From IMG/VR virus record IMGVR_UViG_3300022719_000039, positions 1 through 64,000 of that record: a DNA stretch of 64,000 nt, one strand, 5' to 3'. The DNA is from a virus. Positions 7,053 to 17,800 of this stretch are shown in pieces (positions within the stretch are counted from its first letter, which is position 1; every line of letters starts with the position of its first letter). The notes beneath the pieces were generated by a model, which was not told where the DNA came from, ran no database searches, and saw only the letters and a program-made list of their open reading frames with translations. The translations under genes and the position numbers were made by a program.

Positions 7053-10000
7053 TTATATATCTCTATGTAAAATTGAAATTTTCATTGACCAACTCATGTT
7101 TACTGTATCAACTCCTTTTACTCTAACCTCTACATTATTACCATTTATATTAAAATCTGCGTCCATTGATGCAGTTGTTTCTTCAGGAGTAGTAATATTT
7201 TGTGTTGTTCCGTCTTGTACTACTCCTGCCCCATCTCTATGAAAAAATCCCTGTATATGGTATTGCGCTCTTTCATCCATAGGATCAGTAGTTTCAAACC
7301 CTATTATTTCAGCTTTTATAAGATAAGCCTCATTATCTAATAACGCAATACTCTTAGCCATAACAAAGTTTCCAGTATTAGTACTTATGTTAGCCGATAT
7401 ATCCGTCCATCCTGCTCCTGAAGGGAAAGCTACCCTTAGACTTTCAGAAATATCATTAACCACTTCACCCCCTTCACTATTACCAATTATATAAGCTTTA
7501 TCAGCATTTGTAGTAACATAAGCACCAATCGCTATACCATCAGCAGCATTAGCACCAGCTTTAGTGAAAGCTCCTAGCAATGTATTTCTGTCTGTTGCTG
7601 ATCCATCAATAGTATAACCTAATCCTATAGCAGTATTAAACTCATTTATAAGTGCAAAATTTGTTATACTACCATCAAGTATACCAGTTATACTCATTTC
7701 ACTTGTTTCTATTCCATCGGAAACATCTGTAAGCTTTCCTTCTATATTAAGGGCGTTAGATACTAATTGGTCTACAGCATTTTCAATACCCATTGTCATC
7801 CTCATACCTATTCCATCTGCTGCTGTTGCTGTAGTTCTTCTTTGTAAATCTAAGCCGTTAGTTATAGTTGCAGCAGCACCATCTTCTAAGAAGACTGTGT
7901 TTTGCCCAATAATAAACAAAGAACCATTTATATCTAATTGTTGAGTTGTAGAATTTGATACAAGTGTAGGATTAGCTCCTGCTCCTGAATTTATAACTTC
8001 AAACGTATCTGCTTGAACTGTTCCAACATCTGTAAGATTAAACCCTGCTGCATCATGATTTACTGTCCACGGAGTATCGCTTCCTACTCCCGGTAAATTA
8101 GATAATTGAACTTTTCTAAATATTCCTCCTACGTTGTTTTCTACAATTACCCAATCATTGCTAGCAGGTGAAGCATTTTCGGTTTGTCCATTTATATCAA
8201 CATTAAAAGTTCTACCTGTTGTTAAGTCACCTCCTCCTGATAATCCATTTCCTGCTGTTAATATCAACGCTTCATCAACAAAAGGCATATTTGTTACTTG
8301 CGTCTTTTTTAAAGTTCCTCCACCATTTGATTCAAGTAACAGAAAATCATCATCTAAAGCTACACCTTCCATTTCACTGGCAATATCTACATGAAAAGTT
8401 CTATTTACAGTTAAGTCGCCTCCTCCAACAAGTCCTCTTCCTGTAGTAATAGTTAAGCTTTCATCAGCAAAAGGCATATTTCCTAGTTGTATACGTTTTT
8501 TAGCATTGGAAGCAGCAGAATCTTCTATGAGAATCAAATCAGCAGCTATAGGTATTAGCTTTTCTGTTACTGCTGCAATCTCAGCAGATACGTTATTATG
8601 TATTGCGTTTGAATCTATGCCGGAGCTAGCTCCCTGCCATTCAAAAGGCCCGTTCCAATCCCCACTAGTTGTAGTATTTTTTTGGTAAATAACTGAAGGA
8701 GTTATGTCTGTTTGTAAGTAAGTAAATCCTTCAGCTTCTGAATCATGAGCAGCTCTTCCTGCTAAAGTACCAGAGGCATCAATTTTAAATATACCTCTAT
8801 CCCCCTGTGTACCAGCAACACCTTTTATGTTAATTCCACTAACAGCATTAGAAACAAATTGACCATTACCTAAGTAAGCTGGTAGTGTAGGTGTTGTAGG
8901 TTTAACTCCTTCTCCACCTATCCAATCAACTAGTTTCATTACTACTTTACTTGGGCCAACTTCTTCAAGTCTTAATTCCGGTGACCAACCTGAATCTCCC
9001 TGAAAAGGAATACCTACACTCCAACCAGCAGAAGTAAGTGCAGAATTAGGGAATGGATGTGGCCCGCCTGTAATCCTGTAATATACTAAATTAGTATCTG
9101 TAGCATAGTATGCATAATTATCATCAATAGTAATACCAGCACTATCAGTAGTTCCATTAAATTCCGAATCAAATCTTCCATTGTCTAATCCAAACTTATC
9201 AACACTGAAAGGATCACCTTTATCTCCTTTATCTCCTTCAGGTATTCCAAAGTCTAAAGTAACATCTACAGGATCAGCATTAGAATCTACTACAGTTGCA
9301 GAAGAACCAGCAGCCAATGTACTAACAGTACCTATTGCTACTACAGGAGTTTGACCGTCAGAAGGATCAATAGCTGCTATATCTGTTTCTATTGTAGTAA
9401 GCCTACTCTCAAGGGCAGTAACTTGAGACTGTGCTATATCCTGTTGTACGTAAGTTAGCACAGGATTTTCAGGGTCTGTATTATCTATTGTAATAGAAGC
9501 ATTAGCACTTGAAATTGAATCTAACTTTGCCAATACATCATCTCTGAAAGCTTGATCTACATGAATGACATTATCAGCATAATGAGCACTAAGATTACCT
9601 AAATCAGTAACCATAGCAGTAGTTATATTATCTAAGTCTGTCTTATTAGCATGACTATGTAAATCAGTTAGCAACGCATAGTCCACTAAAGCAGCATCAA
9701 GTTCCGCTGTAAAGTCAAGACCTGCAATAGTTGTATTAATAGTATCTATTTGATCTTGTAATGTAGAATCACCACTTATTCTGTTTGCTATTTCTGCATT
9801 TAAAGCAGTATTAGTAGCAAAATCATTATCTACTACTTCTTCCCCTTCAACTTTAGGATCAAACTCTGAGAATACTACTAAAGGATATACAAACAATCCT
9901 GCTTTTTCATTGTAATAATGAATGTACCTTAATACATCTATTTCCTTCCAATCCAGATGAAAACTCTCTAATGAAGTTACTAACCTTTCTAACTCTTTAG

Positions 10001-10133
10001 AAAGCTTTATTTCTGCCTTGTAATGATCTTCACCATCTCTGGAAGATTCAGCAATATCAAGACCTAAATCAGCTACTTTCTGTTTAGCTCTGTTTATAAA
10101 TTCATCTATTTCAATCTGATTTACAAAAGCCAT
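7053..10133 (-). CDS. tail fibre/spike protein
   Basis: N-terminal coiled coil, collagen-like GDKGDKGDP, two G.GL.GGGDLT..RTF.VDI fibre repeats and a G/A/T-rich beta C-terminus. Confidence 0.8.
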   Translation of the reverse strand: MAFVNQIEIDEFINRAKQKVADLGLDIAESSRDGEDHYKAEIKLSKELERLVTSLESFHLDWKEIDVLRYIHYYNEKAGLFVYPLVVFSEFDPKVEGEEVVDNDFATNTALNAEIANRISGDSTLQDQIDTINTTIAGLDFTAELDAALVDYALLTDLHSHANKTDLDNITTAMVTDLGNLSAHYADNVIHVDQAFRDDVLAKLDSISSANASITIDNTDPENPVLTYVQQDIAQSQVTALESRLTTIETDIAAIDPSDGQTPVVAIGTVSTLAAGSSATVVDSNADPVDVTLDFGIPEGDKGDKGDPFSVDKFGLDNGRFDSEFNGTTDSAGITIDDNYAYYATDTNLVYYRITGGPHPFPNSALTSAGWSVGIPFQGDSGWSPELRLEEVGPSKVVMKLVDWIGGEGVKPTTPTLPAYLGNGQFVSNAVSGINIKGVAGTQGDRGIFKIDASGTLAGRAAHDSEAEGFTYLQTDITPSVIYQKNTTTSGDWNGPFEWQGASSGIDSNAIHNNVSAEIAAVTEKLIPIAADLILIEDSAASNAKKRIQLGNMPFADESLTITTGRGLVGGGDLTVNRTFHVDIASEMEGVALDDDFLLLESNGGGTLKKTQVTNMPFVDEALILTAGNGLSGGGDLTTGRTFNVDINGQTENASPASNDWVIVENNVGGIFRKVQLSNLPGVGSDTPWTVNHDAAGFNLTDVGTVQADTFEVINSGAGANPTLVSNSTTQQLDINGSLFIIGQNTVFLEDGAAATITNGLDLQRRTTATAADGIGMRMTMGIENAVDQLVSNALNIEGKLTDVSDGIETSEMSITGILDGSITNFALINEFNTAIGLGYTIDGSATDRNTLLGAFTKAGANAADGIAIGAYVTTNADKAYIIGNSEGGEVVNDISESLRVAFPSGAGWTDISANISTNTGNFVMAKSIALLDNEAYLIKAEIIGFETTDPMDERAQYHIQGFFHRDGAGVVQDGTTQNITTPEETTASMDADFNINGNNVEVRVKGVDTVNMSWSMKISILHRDI

Positions 10134-13100
10134 TATACTCCTTTATAAAGTCTATCTATTTTATAAAACTTTAGGTCATCAGGATTATTTATTAAACCTT
10201 CAAATAATAACCATTTATTATTGCTATTTATTCTACTTTTAACTTCCGTTCCTTCTACCATAAATACAGTTATATACTGTAATTCATTAGTGTGTGGGAT
10301 GAACATACTATTAGGATTATTTAATGAACTGGAAGATTTTATAGTATGTTCATCCCACACAAATCTACCATTTTCAGTCTTTGGTATATCAAACTCCCCT
10401 CCAAATGAGTTAGCGGTTGCTAAGTTAGGTGAAGGACCACTTTGTTGTGACCTTTGATAATAAAATGTAAAAAACCAGTCAAATTTATCAAAGTCCGGCC
10501 CAAACTCTCCTGTATCTAAATCAAATCCCAACTCTCCACTATTTGGTAAGTCAGTAAATGTAAGACCAATATCATGATGATTTCTTGCCCCCAAACTTTC
10601 AACTATACCTTCGTCTATTAAGTCTTGTGCTGTAGCTGGTACTGCTGGTTTACCTCTTATATCCGTAGCTAGCGTAATATCACTGGTAAACCCAGAAGAA
10701 CCTAAATAGTCTCCTACATTTCCGGGGGGACTTCCGCCTCCACCTATCCAACCTACTAATTGATGAACTCTCCTTTCTCCATCCTGAACTACAGCCAATT
10801 GTGGTGACCAACCATCATCTCCGGGTACTCCTATTCCTACACCATCTAGTCCATTGGTTCTTACTGGATTACTATACGTAGCAGGATCACCACTTATAGG
10901 TGACCAGTTAACCCTGTCTAATATACTTGTATCTCCTCCCGGTACTAATACAAAATTATGCGAAGCCATGAATGTCAAGTCTTCTGAACCAGCAAAAGGT
11001 TGTGGTTCTTTTGTCCAGCCTGAAGGTATTATTGAACCACTTGTAGGTACAGTAGGTGCAGAAGGAGGATCATCAATACTACCAGATTCTACATTTCTAA
11101 ATATGAAAAATGTCATACCAGCATTTGCATTTGCTGCTTCCCCTCTTATCTGAAAAGGAGTATTAAAGGTAGTACCCCCATCTGTACTAAACCTTGCCCA
11201 GTTTGCATCAGTAGGATCAGTAGTAAAATTGCTTACTGATCCCGGTGCTGTGGATAAGGGATCAGTAGAATATTCTACAACCAAGTCATTACCATCATCT
11301 ACATCTACAAGATCAGCAAAAGCTATATAAGTAGTACTATTTGGAGTATAGGTGGCTTCTAAAGTTAGTTCATTCTGTGTTGTAATATCACTACCATCAA
11401 TGCTTAATACATCATTTCCATCTATAGCAGCAGTTGGGAAAGTAGCATCAGGTAATATTATTCCGTCTAACTTCCAGACAAATGTAACATTAGTATTATC
11501 TAATACACCATTTATATAAAATTCAGGATTAAAGGTTTTAGTTCCTGCTTGATTTTTAAAGATAAAACCATCATCTGGTGCTATAACTGCAATAAAACCT
11601 ACTCCGTCTGTAACATCTATAACATTTACCTGTGTTTCATACTGTGCTCCTTCAAAAGTTATTTCTACAGTATAAAGCTGGTTATTAGTAACATCAGCCG
11701 GAGTTACAACAATATCATTATCTATATCACCTAGTTGGTTTCCCGGTTGGTTAGTACCTTTAAACCATTTATAAGTTAATCCAGAAGTTAATTCATCTAT
11801 ACCTCTAAGTAGTTTAGCTGTAAGTGTTACATTAGCAGGAGTTGTAACTTCTGTTATTGGGTCTTTCTTAAAAGTTAAAGAAGTATCAAAGTTTATTATA
11901 GGTGTTATTGTATCTTGTCCATCCCATCTTTGCGGGGTACTGTAACCGGGAGGATCAACTAACTGTCTATTACTAAACAAGTTTCCTTTGCTCATATAGG
12001 TTACCTTGTCATCTTCCTTAGCAGGAGGAGTATCAAACCAATCATTAGGAGCAGGAAGTCCAAAAGGATCACCTACTGTAGGTCTGTCTGACTTAGTTAC
12101 TTGAGTACCTAATGGAAAGTTTTTAAATACAAAACTTTGGAATATACCTTGTTCATTTGTTATTCTGGTTACTACCCAAGCACTAAATGCTCCCCCTCCT
12201 AAGTCCTTCCTTGTAACCATATGACTGTCTGTAAGTCTAAAGTCGTCATGCCAATCAGCAGGAACAGTATCAGGTGTACTAATAGAACTACTAGGTACAC
12301 CAAACTGTACTAAGTTAGGATCATTACTTAGTTTAGTTGGTACAGACCATGAACCAATAAGATTACCATCAAACAGTTTAGATGCTACTATTCTCCATAA
12401 GTTATGAGTTACTATTGATGCTGCCCAGTCTGCTCCCGGAAAATCATCCGGAACATCATCCCAACCAGCAGGATCATTATTAGGTAATCCATCAATTAAT
12501 TGTGGTGGAGTTAAAGGATCAGGGTCAGTTTTTAATACCCATTTAAACTTTTGATCTATAAAAGTTTCTTCTCCTAATGAAAATAGTAATTCCGGTATTC
12601 CCCAATCGGAATCTGAACCGGGCCTTCTTCTTAACCATTTATGTGGTACTGTAATATCAGCAGTATTTACCCATATTACAGTAGAATCTATAGGACTGGT
12701 TTCTCCATTGTTATACCAATCTGCTCCTATTGCAAATTGTGGTCTTTTACCATTAACGTCTGGTGCATATTGTACTTCTTCAGTACTTTCAGGGAATGAA
12801 ACATCAAAGTCTGGCCTCCAATATAAAGATATATCATAGCTATCAGATATATCAATTACTTTTTGATTATCATTTATAGGAGGTAACGTAGAAAGATAAT
12901 AATCTTTCTTTAATACTGTTTTATTACCAGTAGGTTCACTTGTTATGTTACTTGTTGCTGCTGAATTATCATCATCTAAAGCTTCACCGTTTTGAAAAGA
13001 ACCTGTTACTGCACATACAAATACTTTATTGGTAACAACCCTACATATCGTTCCTACTGCTCCTGATGTACCTCCTGTAACCTCCATACCCACATCAAAT

Positions 13101-13366
13101 TGAGTACCATCCGCTACATCAAATTCAATAGGAGATTTATGTTCGTTTACAGTAGCTTTACAACCCTTTACCATTCTCCTTCTAGGAATTTTGGCTAAGT
13201 CAAATAAATCCTTACATAGAAAAGGCCCTCCAACTAACTCATTAGTTATACCAAATCCATCTATTTCAGTACCAGCAGGAAGTGTAGCAGTACCACCTCT
13301 CTTAATTAGAACTCCTACTAAGTCTAAAGCTGTCCTTATATCCTCAAATAATGTTGTATGTGCCAT
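10133..13366 (-). CDS. tail fibre-like virion protein
   Basis: 1077 aa, with P/W-rich repeats (P.GW..VP, WS.P), Ig-like LTYKWFKG segments, and a GWSP.L...WIGG.G module shared with the neighbouring fibre. Confidence 0.7.
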   Translation of the reverse strand: MAHTTLFEDIRTALDLVGVLIKRGGTATLPAGTEIDGFGITNELVGGPFLCKDLFDLAKIPRRRMVKGCKATVNEHKSPIEFDVADGTQFDVGMEVTGGTSGAVGTICRVVTNKVFVCAVTGSFQNGEALDDDNSAATSNITSEPTGNKTVLKKDYYLSTLPPINDNQKVIDISDSYDISLYWRPDFDVSFPESTEEVQYAPDVNGKRPQFAIGADWYNNGETSPIDSTVIWVNTADITVPHKWLRRRPGSDSDWGIPELLFSLGEETFIDQKFKWVLKTDPDPLTPPQLIDGLPNNDPAGWDDVPDDFPGADWAASIVTHNLWRIVASKLFDGNLIGSWSVPTKLSNDPNLVQFGVPSSSISTPDTVPADWHDDFRLTDSHMVTRKDLGGGAFSAWVVTRITNEQGIFQSFVFKNFPLGTQVTKSDRPTVGDPFGLPAPNDWFDTPPAKEDDKVTYMSKGNLFSNRQLVDPPGYSTPQRWDGQDTITPIINFDTSLTFKKDPITEVTTPANVTLTAKLLRGIDELTSGLTYKWFKGTNQPGNQLGDIDNDIVVTPADVTNNQLYTVEITFEGAQYETQVNVIDVTDGVGFIAVIAPDDGFIFKNQAGTKTFNPEFYINGVLDNTNVTFVWKLDGIILPDATFPTAAIDGNDVLSIDGSDITTQNELTLEATYTPNSTTYIAFADLVDVDDGNDLVVEYSTDPLSTAPGSVSNFTTDPTDANWARFSTDGGTTFNTPFQIRGEAANANAGMTFFIFRNVESGSIDDPPSAPTVPTSGSIIPSGWTKEPQPFAGSEDLTFMASHNFVLVPGGDTSILDRVNWSPISGDPATYSNPVRTNGLDGVGIGVPGDDGWSPQLAVVQDGERRVHQLVGWIGGGGSPPGNVGDYLGSSGFTSDITLATDIRGKPAVPATAQDLIDEGIVESLGARNHHDIGLTFTDLPNSGELGFDLDTGEFGPDFDKFDWFFTFYYQRSQQSGPSPNLATANSFGGEFDIPKTENGRFVWDEHTIKSSSSLNNPNSMFIPHTNELQYITVFMVEGTEVKSRINSNNKWLLFEGLINNPDDLKFYKIDRLYKGV

Positions 13367-14175
13367 TATACAAATGATAAATTTAAAGTTAAAGTAGTAT
13401 CACCTACCTCTATAGCACTTCTAACTACCCAATAAGGGACTACTAAGCCAAAACTATTTGTTACATTTACAGTTGATAGTTCTACTAATGGAAAATCAAG
13501 ACCTCCAAGTAAAGCACTTACTAGCTTCGGTGTTCCTGTTGGCCCCATCCAATATATAAATCTGTTAAATCCCGGTACTCCGTGCTTATAATTATTTGAT
13601 CCCCCATATAAAGCTTTTGCGTCTGCGGCTAAATCACTATTAACTAATATAGCTTCTACAGCAGCTTGAGTCATGTCTCTAGGAGTTGTTTGAATAATAT
13701 CACTAAGGTTATAAAAACCCTGATAAATCCTAGAAAGGAATTGAATGCCTATATTCTTACTAGTATCATTACCAGAATCATCTTCTACAAATATTGCATG
13801 TACACCTGCTAATCCCGGACTATTACTTGTCACATTAAGTACATCGAACTGCTTCTCTACATCTGCCTGTGGAACAGCACCTCCCGGATCAGGAGTTATA
13901 GTAATTACTGATATAGGATTAGTTTGAGTATTAGCAGTAAACCTGTAATCTCCTGTAGCCACTGTGTCTCCTACTTCTGCACTGGCAGGGGATACAGAAC
14001 TGGTTATAGTAGGTGCTAAAGTTTCTATATTATCTATAGTAATTTCCCTAACTCCCGCCACTATTAGTTCAGTAATCTTTATATCTATACCTCCTTTTAA
14101 TAAGAACTTATCATCAGGAGTATGTATTACTGAACCGGGGCCGTCATCTGTACATTTGGAGATTTTATTACTCAT
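13366..14175 (-). CDS. virion protein (fibre or hub associated)
   Basis: 269-aa beta-rich ORF translationally coupled to the fibre genes. Confidence 0.6.
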   Translation of the reverse strand: MSNKISKCTDDGPGSVIHTPDDKFLLKGGIDIKITELIVAGVREITIDNIETLAPTITSSVSPASAEVGDTVATGDYRFTANTQTNPISVITITPDPGGAVPQADVEKQFDVLNVTSNSPGLAGVHAIFVEDDSGNDTSKNIGIQFLSRIYQGFYNLSDIIQTTPRDMTQAAVEAILVNSDLAADAKALYGGSNNYKHGVPGFNRFIYWMGPTGTPKLVSALLGGLDFPLVELSTVNVTNSFGLVVPYWVVRSAIEVGDTTLTLNLSFV

Positions 14176-14845
14176 CCTCTACCAAATCAATGTTTGCAAT
14201 TAGTTCATTATTAGATTCAATTATTCTTTGAAACTCCATAAAGTTACTAGAGCAGAATTTTGTTCTTGCTGACCTTAAATGTCTTAATAATATTGTTTCA
14301 TCTCTTTCTAAATGTCTAAATTCTGTACAATCTGTCTTACCTTTAAGTTCTAACTCCAATAATGACTGGCTTACCTTATTAAGTGATTTACTACCATTAG
14401 ATGTAAAAGGTATTTCTTGTAAATTCTGTATAACACTTGCTATTCCTATTAATTCAGTTAAAGTTTTTGAATTCCATACACCACTAGTAAGTTGTTGAAC
14501 CTCCTTTTCTGTTGTATCGTATGCATAGTCTCCTTCTTGCTCTGATCCTGTTTTATTTGGAACAGCAAACATATATGATTGATACCTTCCATCTCCTTGT
14601 GATGCAGGAACAGTAAAAGAAGTAACTGCATGTGGATCAAAAGTTAAAGGAGCTATTATGGTGTCATCTTTAGTACCTTTATAGGTAATTAACAAAAGTA
14701 AAGCTGTATCTGCTCTTACTAAGTTTGGTGCTCCCCAACCAGTAAGATTAGTAGAAGCATCATAGTTACCTGTATTATCATCTATTATTATATTCTCACC
14801 GGGTTGGTCTACCTTAGCGTCTGCCTGCTTAATTGCTAATGCCAT
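14168..14845 (-). CDS. virion protein, possible tail-hub subunit
   Basis: D.TG.Y...N.TGWG.PN N-terminal motif and helical Cys-containing C-terminus. First gene of the fibre operon. Confidence 0.5.
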   Translation of the reverse strand: MALAIKQADAKVDQPGENIIIDDNTGNYDASTNLTGWGAPNLVRADTALLLLITYKGTKDDTIIAPLTFDPHAVTSFTVPASQGDGRYQSYMFAVPNKTGSEQEGDYAYDTTEKEVQQLTSGVWNSKTLTELIGIASVIQNLQEIPFTSNGSKSLNKVSQSLLELELKGKTDCTEFRHLERDETILLRHLRSARTKFCSSNFMEFQRIIESNNELIANIDLVEDE

Positions 14846-14881
14846 ATTATATTAGAATTATAAGTTACAATATACAATTTT

Positions 14882-17800
14882 TTAAAGAGAAAAAGGCTGA
14901 ACTAACTTATAAAATTTATTGTTTGCTTCTAATCTTTGTTGTCTTTCTATTATTCTCCAAAGAGGCACCATTTCTGAAATTCTCCTGTTAACCTTATCTT
15001 CTCCATAGTTTACTCCTCCCTGAAAGACCCTTTCATCTTTACTTCTAATTGGATATAATAGTAGGTCTTGAAAAAGTCTTACTGAATCACTCATAACATC
15101 AAAAGTAGCTGCGGGTGATCTGACTAATTTCATTCCTTCATTATAAATTCCCGGAGGAGTATAAGTAAATAGTTCTGTCCATAACCTATCTTGTTGATAT
15201 ACAAATATATTAAATACATGATCCTCTAATGTTACATCATCATCATCTTCATCTGCTTCAGCAAGAAGTTGAAGCAGTGATCCTGCTATAATAGTACCAG
15301 TAAAGAATAAAAATTCTACAAAAGTTCTTCTAAGATTAGCCCTTTCAAAATCAGATAAACTATTCCAATGTACTTTATAATTGGTTGTTATATTATTAAA
15401 ATCTTTTATCAAAGAAATACCAAATTTTAAAGTAGTAATATACATTCCTTCATCCGGTGCATTTCTTCTTTCATTCCAGAATTTATCTTTTCCATTCCTC
15501 CATCTTTTGTTCCATCCTGGCCTCATCCATTTTCTGAATTGTATTGCTAGTTTTCCAAGTGCTCTTCTTTGTAAAGCGCTTGCATCTTCATCTGCATATA
15601 TACCATGTAAATACTGATTAACTGCAATTACTTCCCTTCTAAATATAGAAAACTCTTCAACATCTATCTTCTTTCCTTCTTTTACTTCAGCATAACCCTC
15701 TTTTAACTCATAAGTATCCCAAACAGATTCAAACTTATTAAATTGATTTCTTGCTTCTTCTCTTTGCTTATTATCCTCGAAAGGTATTTTATTTCTTTTG
15801 GCCCATTGTTCTGCATTTCTATAAATCTTACCATCAGCAACTTTATATCCATCCATCATTGCAAACAGTAATTGGTTTTGCATACTATGTTCTCCCATGT
15901 GAAGCATAGCATAAGCAGAATCAGTAATCCATTTTAACTTATGTAGTTTTGTTTTGATAGGCCCTACTTGTCTCCTTGATAACTCATCTTGATGTTGTAA
16001 TACACCAAACAATTTTGCAATAGCATCTTCTTTCACCGTTGCTGTAGGCTTGTTTCTCTCTGCTATAAAATGTAATATATTTTCATTATACCTTACTTTT
16101 GCTTTTCTATAATTTTCTCCATTTACCCAAAAGCCTGCTGCTGCTTCTATAGCTAGTTGTATTTCTCCAAATACTTTGTTGTTTATACCAGAAAAGTAAT
16201 TAAAACCTAAGTTTCTTAGAGAAGCATAATTTTGTAGTAATCTTGCACCCTTTCTAAGCCACGGAGGCTCTTTTACATCAAAATCCTCAAAGAATATACC
16301 TTCTATCCATTCATCAAAGTGATCTAATATATTAGAACCTACTGCTGATTTTACAGCTTTTACTTCTTTCCCTCCTCTTTCAGTAGCCTTCTTATCTATA
16401 AATATCTCTCCCCACGGTGCTGTCCTTAATAATTGTTGATGTGTTAATATCTCTCTAGTCAGTAGTATTTGTTCCTTAATTTCAGTTTTAAATTGGTGAT
16501 TAATTGCAGTATCTATGAATGCTTTCATAGTTTCTTCAATATTAAAATCTAAGTTTTCTGCATGATTTCTTCTATTTTGTTCCCTAATTTCTTTATTCTT
16601 TTCTCTTAATTTATTTTTTTCTTCTTCTGTAAGATCATCAGGAATCTCTTCCAAACTTGTCTGGCCTAACTTACTAGTATAATGAAAAGGTATAAAGTTT
16701 ACAATGTTTTCTTCATCATCCATTATAACTTCCAACTCATCTTTACTGGTTAGTAAATCTTTCTTTATATTGTCCAGTCCAGCAGTATCAGTAATAGCTT
16801 TAAAAATATTCCTTTGATCTAAGGGTACAGCAGGTAACATACCTCTCCTGAAGGTTTCATCTCTGGAAGATTTAGTTAACTTTTTTAGCATATTAAAAAC
16901 AGTACTATGAAACTCTCTATCTCTTACAGTTCCATTTTTTATTATCCTTTCAAAGTCTTTAGAACCCCATTTATCTTTTCGTGGTTGTGTTAATTCTCCT
17001 TTTGGATACCTAGTACCAAAAAACTCTGCTTCTACATGGTGTTCTTCCATCCAAATTCTAAATTCATTAGCATCTAATTCTTTTTGTTTTTTTCTTACTA
17101 TTTCTGCATAATTGTCAACCTTTTCTATATTAGCACCTAACCATTTACTCATTTTCTTTCTAGCTTTTGCTAACAAGAAATTTCTTTCTCTTCCTTCAGG
17201 CATGTTATCAGCCTTTTCTCTCATTTCCTTTACTTCTTCAAACATTTCTTCTCTTTCCGCTGCCCACTCTGCATGTCTAAATTCCGTAAGCAGGAAGCCA
17301 GTTCTTTTACCACTTTTATCTCTTTCAAATAGTATATCTATATCTCCTCCTTCTGACTTAAACTTTTTAATAGCTGCTTCAAATTCCTTCTTTAATTCTC
17401 TTGCTTCTAATCTTGCTTTATCGTTAGCTATATTATAGTTTTTGATTGTCAGTGCTGCTATACTGTTATTAGTGTCAGCCATAGCATCTAACCAAGCTTG
17501 TACTTTGCCCTCATCCCTGTCTAATCTAAAAACTTGTTTTACATCTTCCATTATTACAGGATTAGATGATATTCTACCTAACTTTCTGGAAAGTAATTCT
17601 TCTGTTAATCTTCTCCATTTTACTTCAATATCCGAGAATAACGGAAGGTTATCTTTAATTTTATTAACTATTTCCTCCATTTCAGTACCTACAAAGTCTG
17701 ATCTATTTAAATTATGTATATCTTTAAAAGATTTAGTTATAGTTACCGCATTATAAAGTATTGCAATAGCTCTTCTTTCTTCTTTAATTAATTCATCTTT

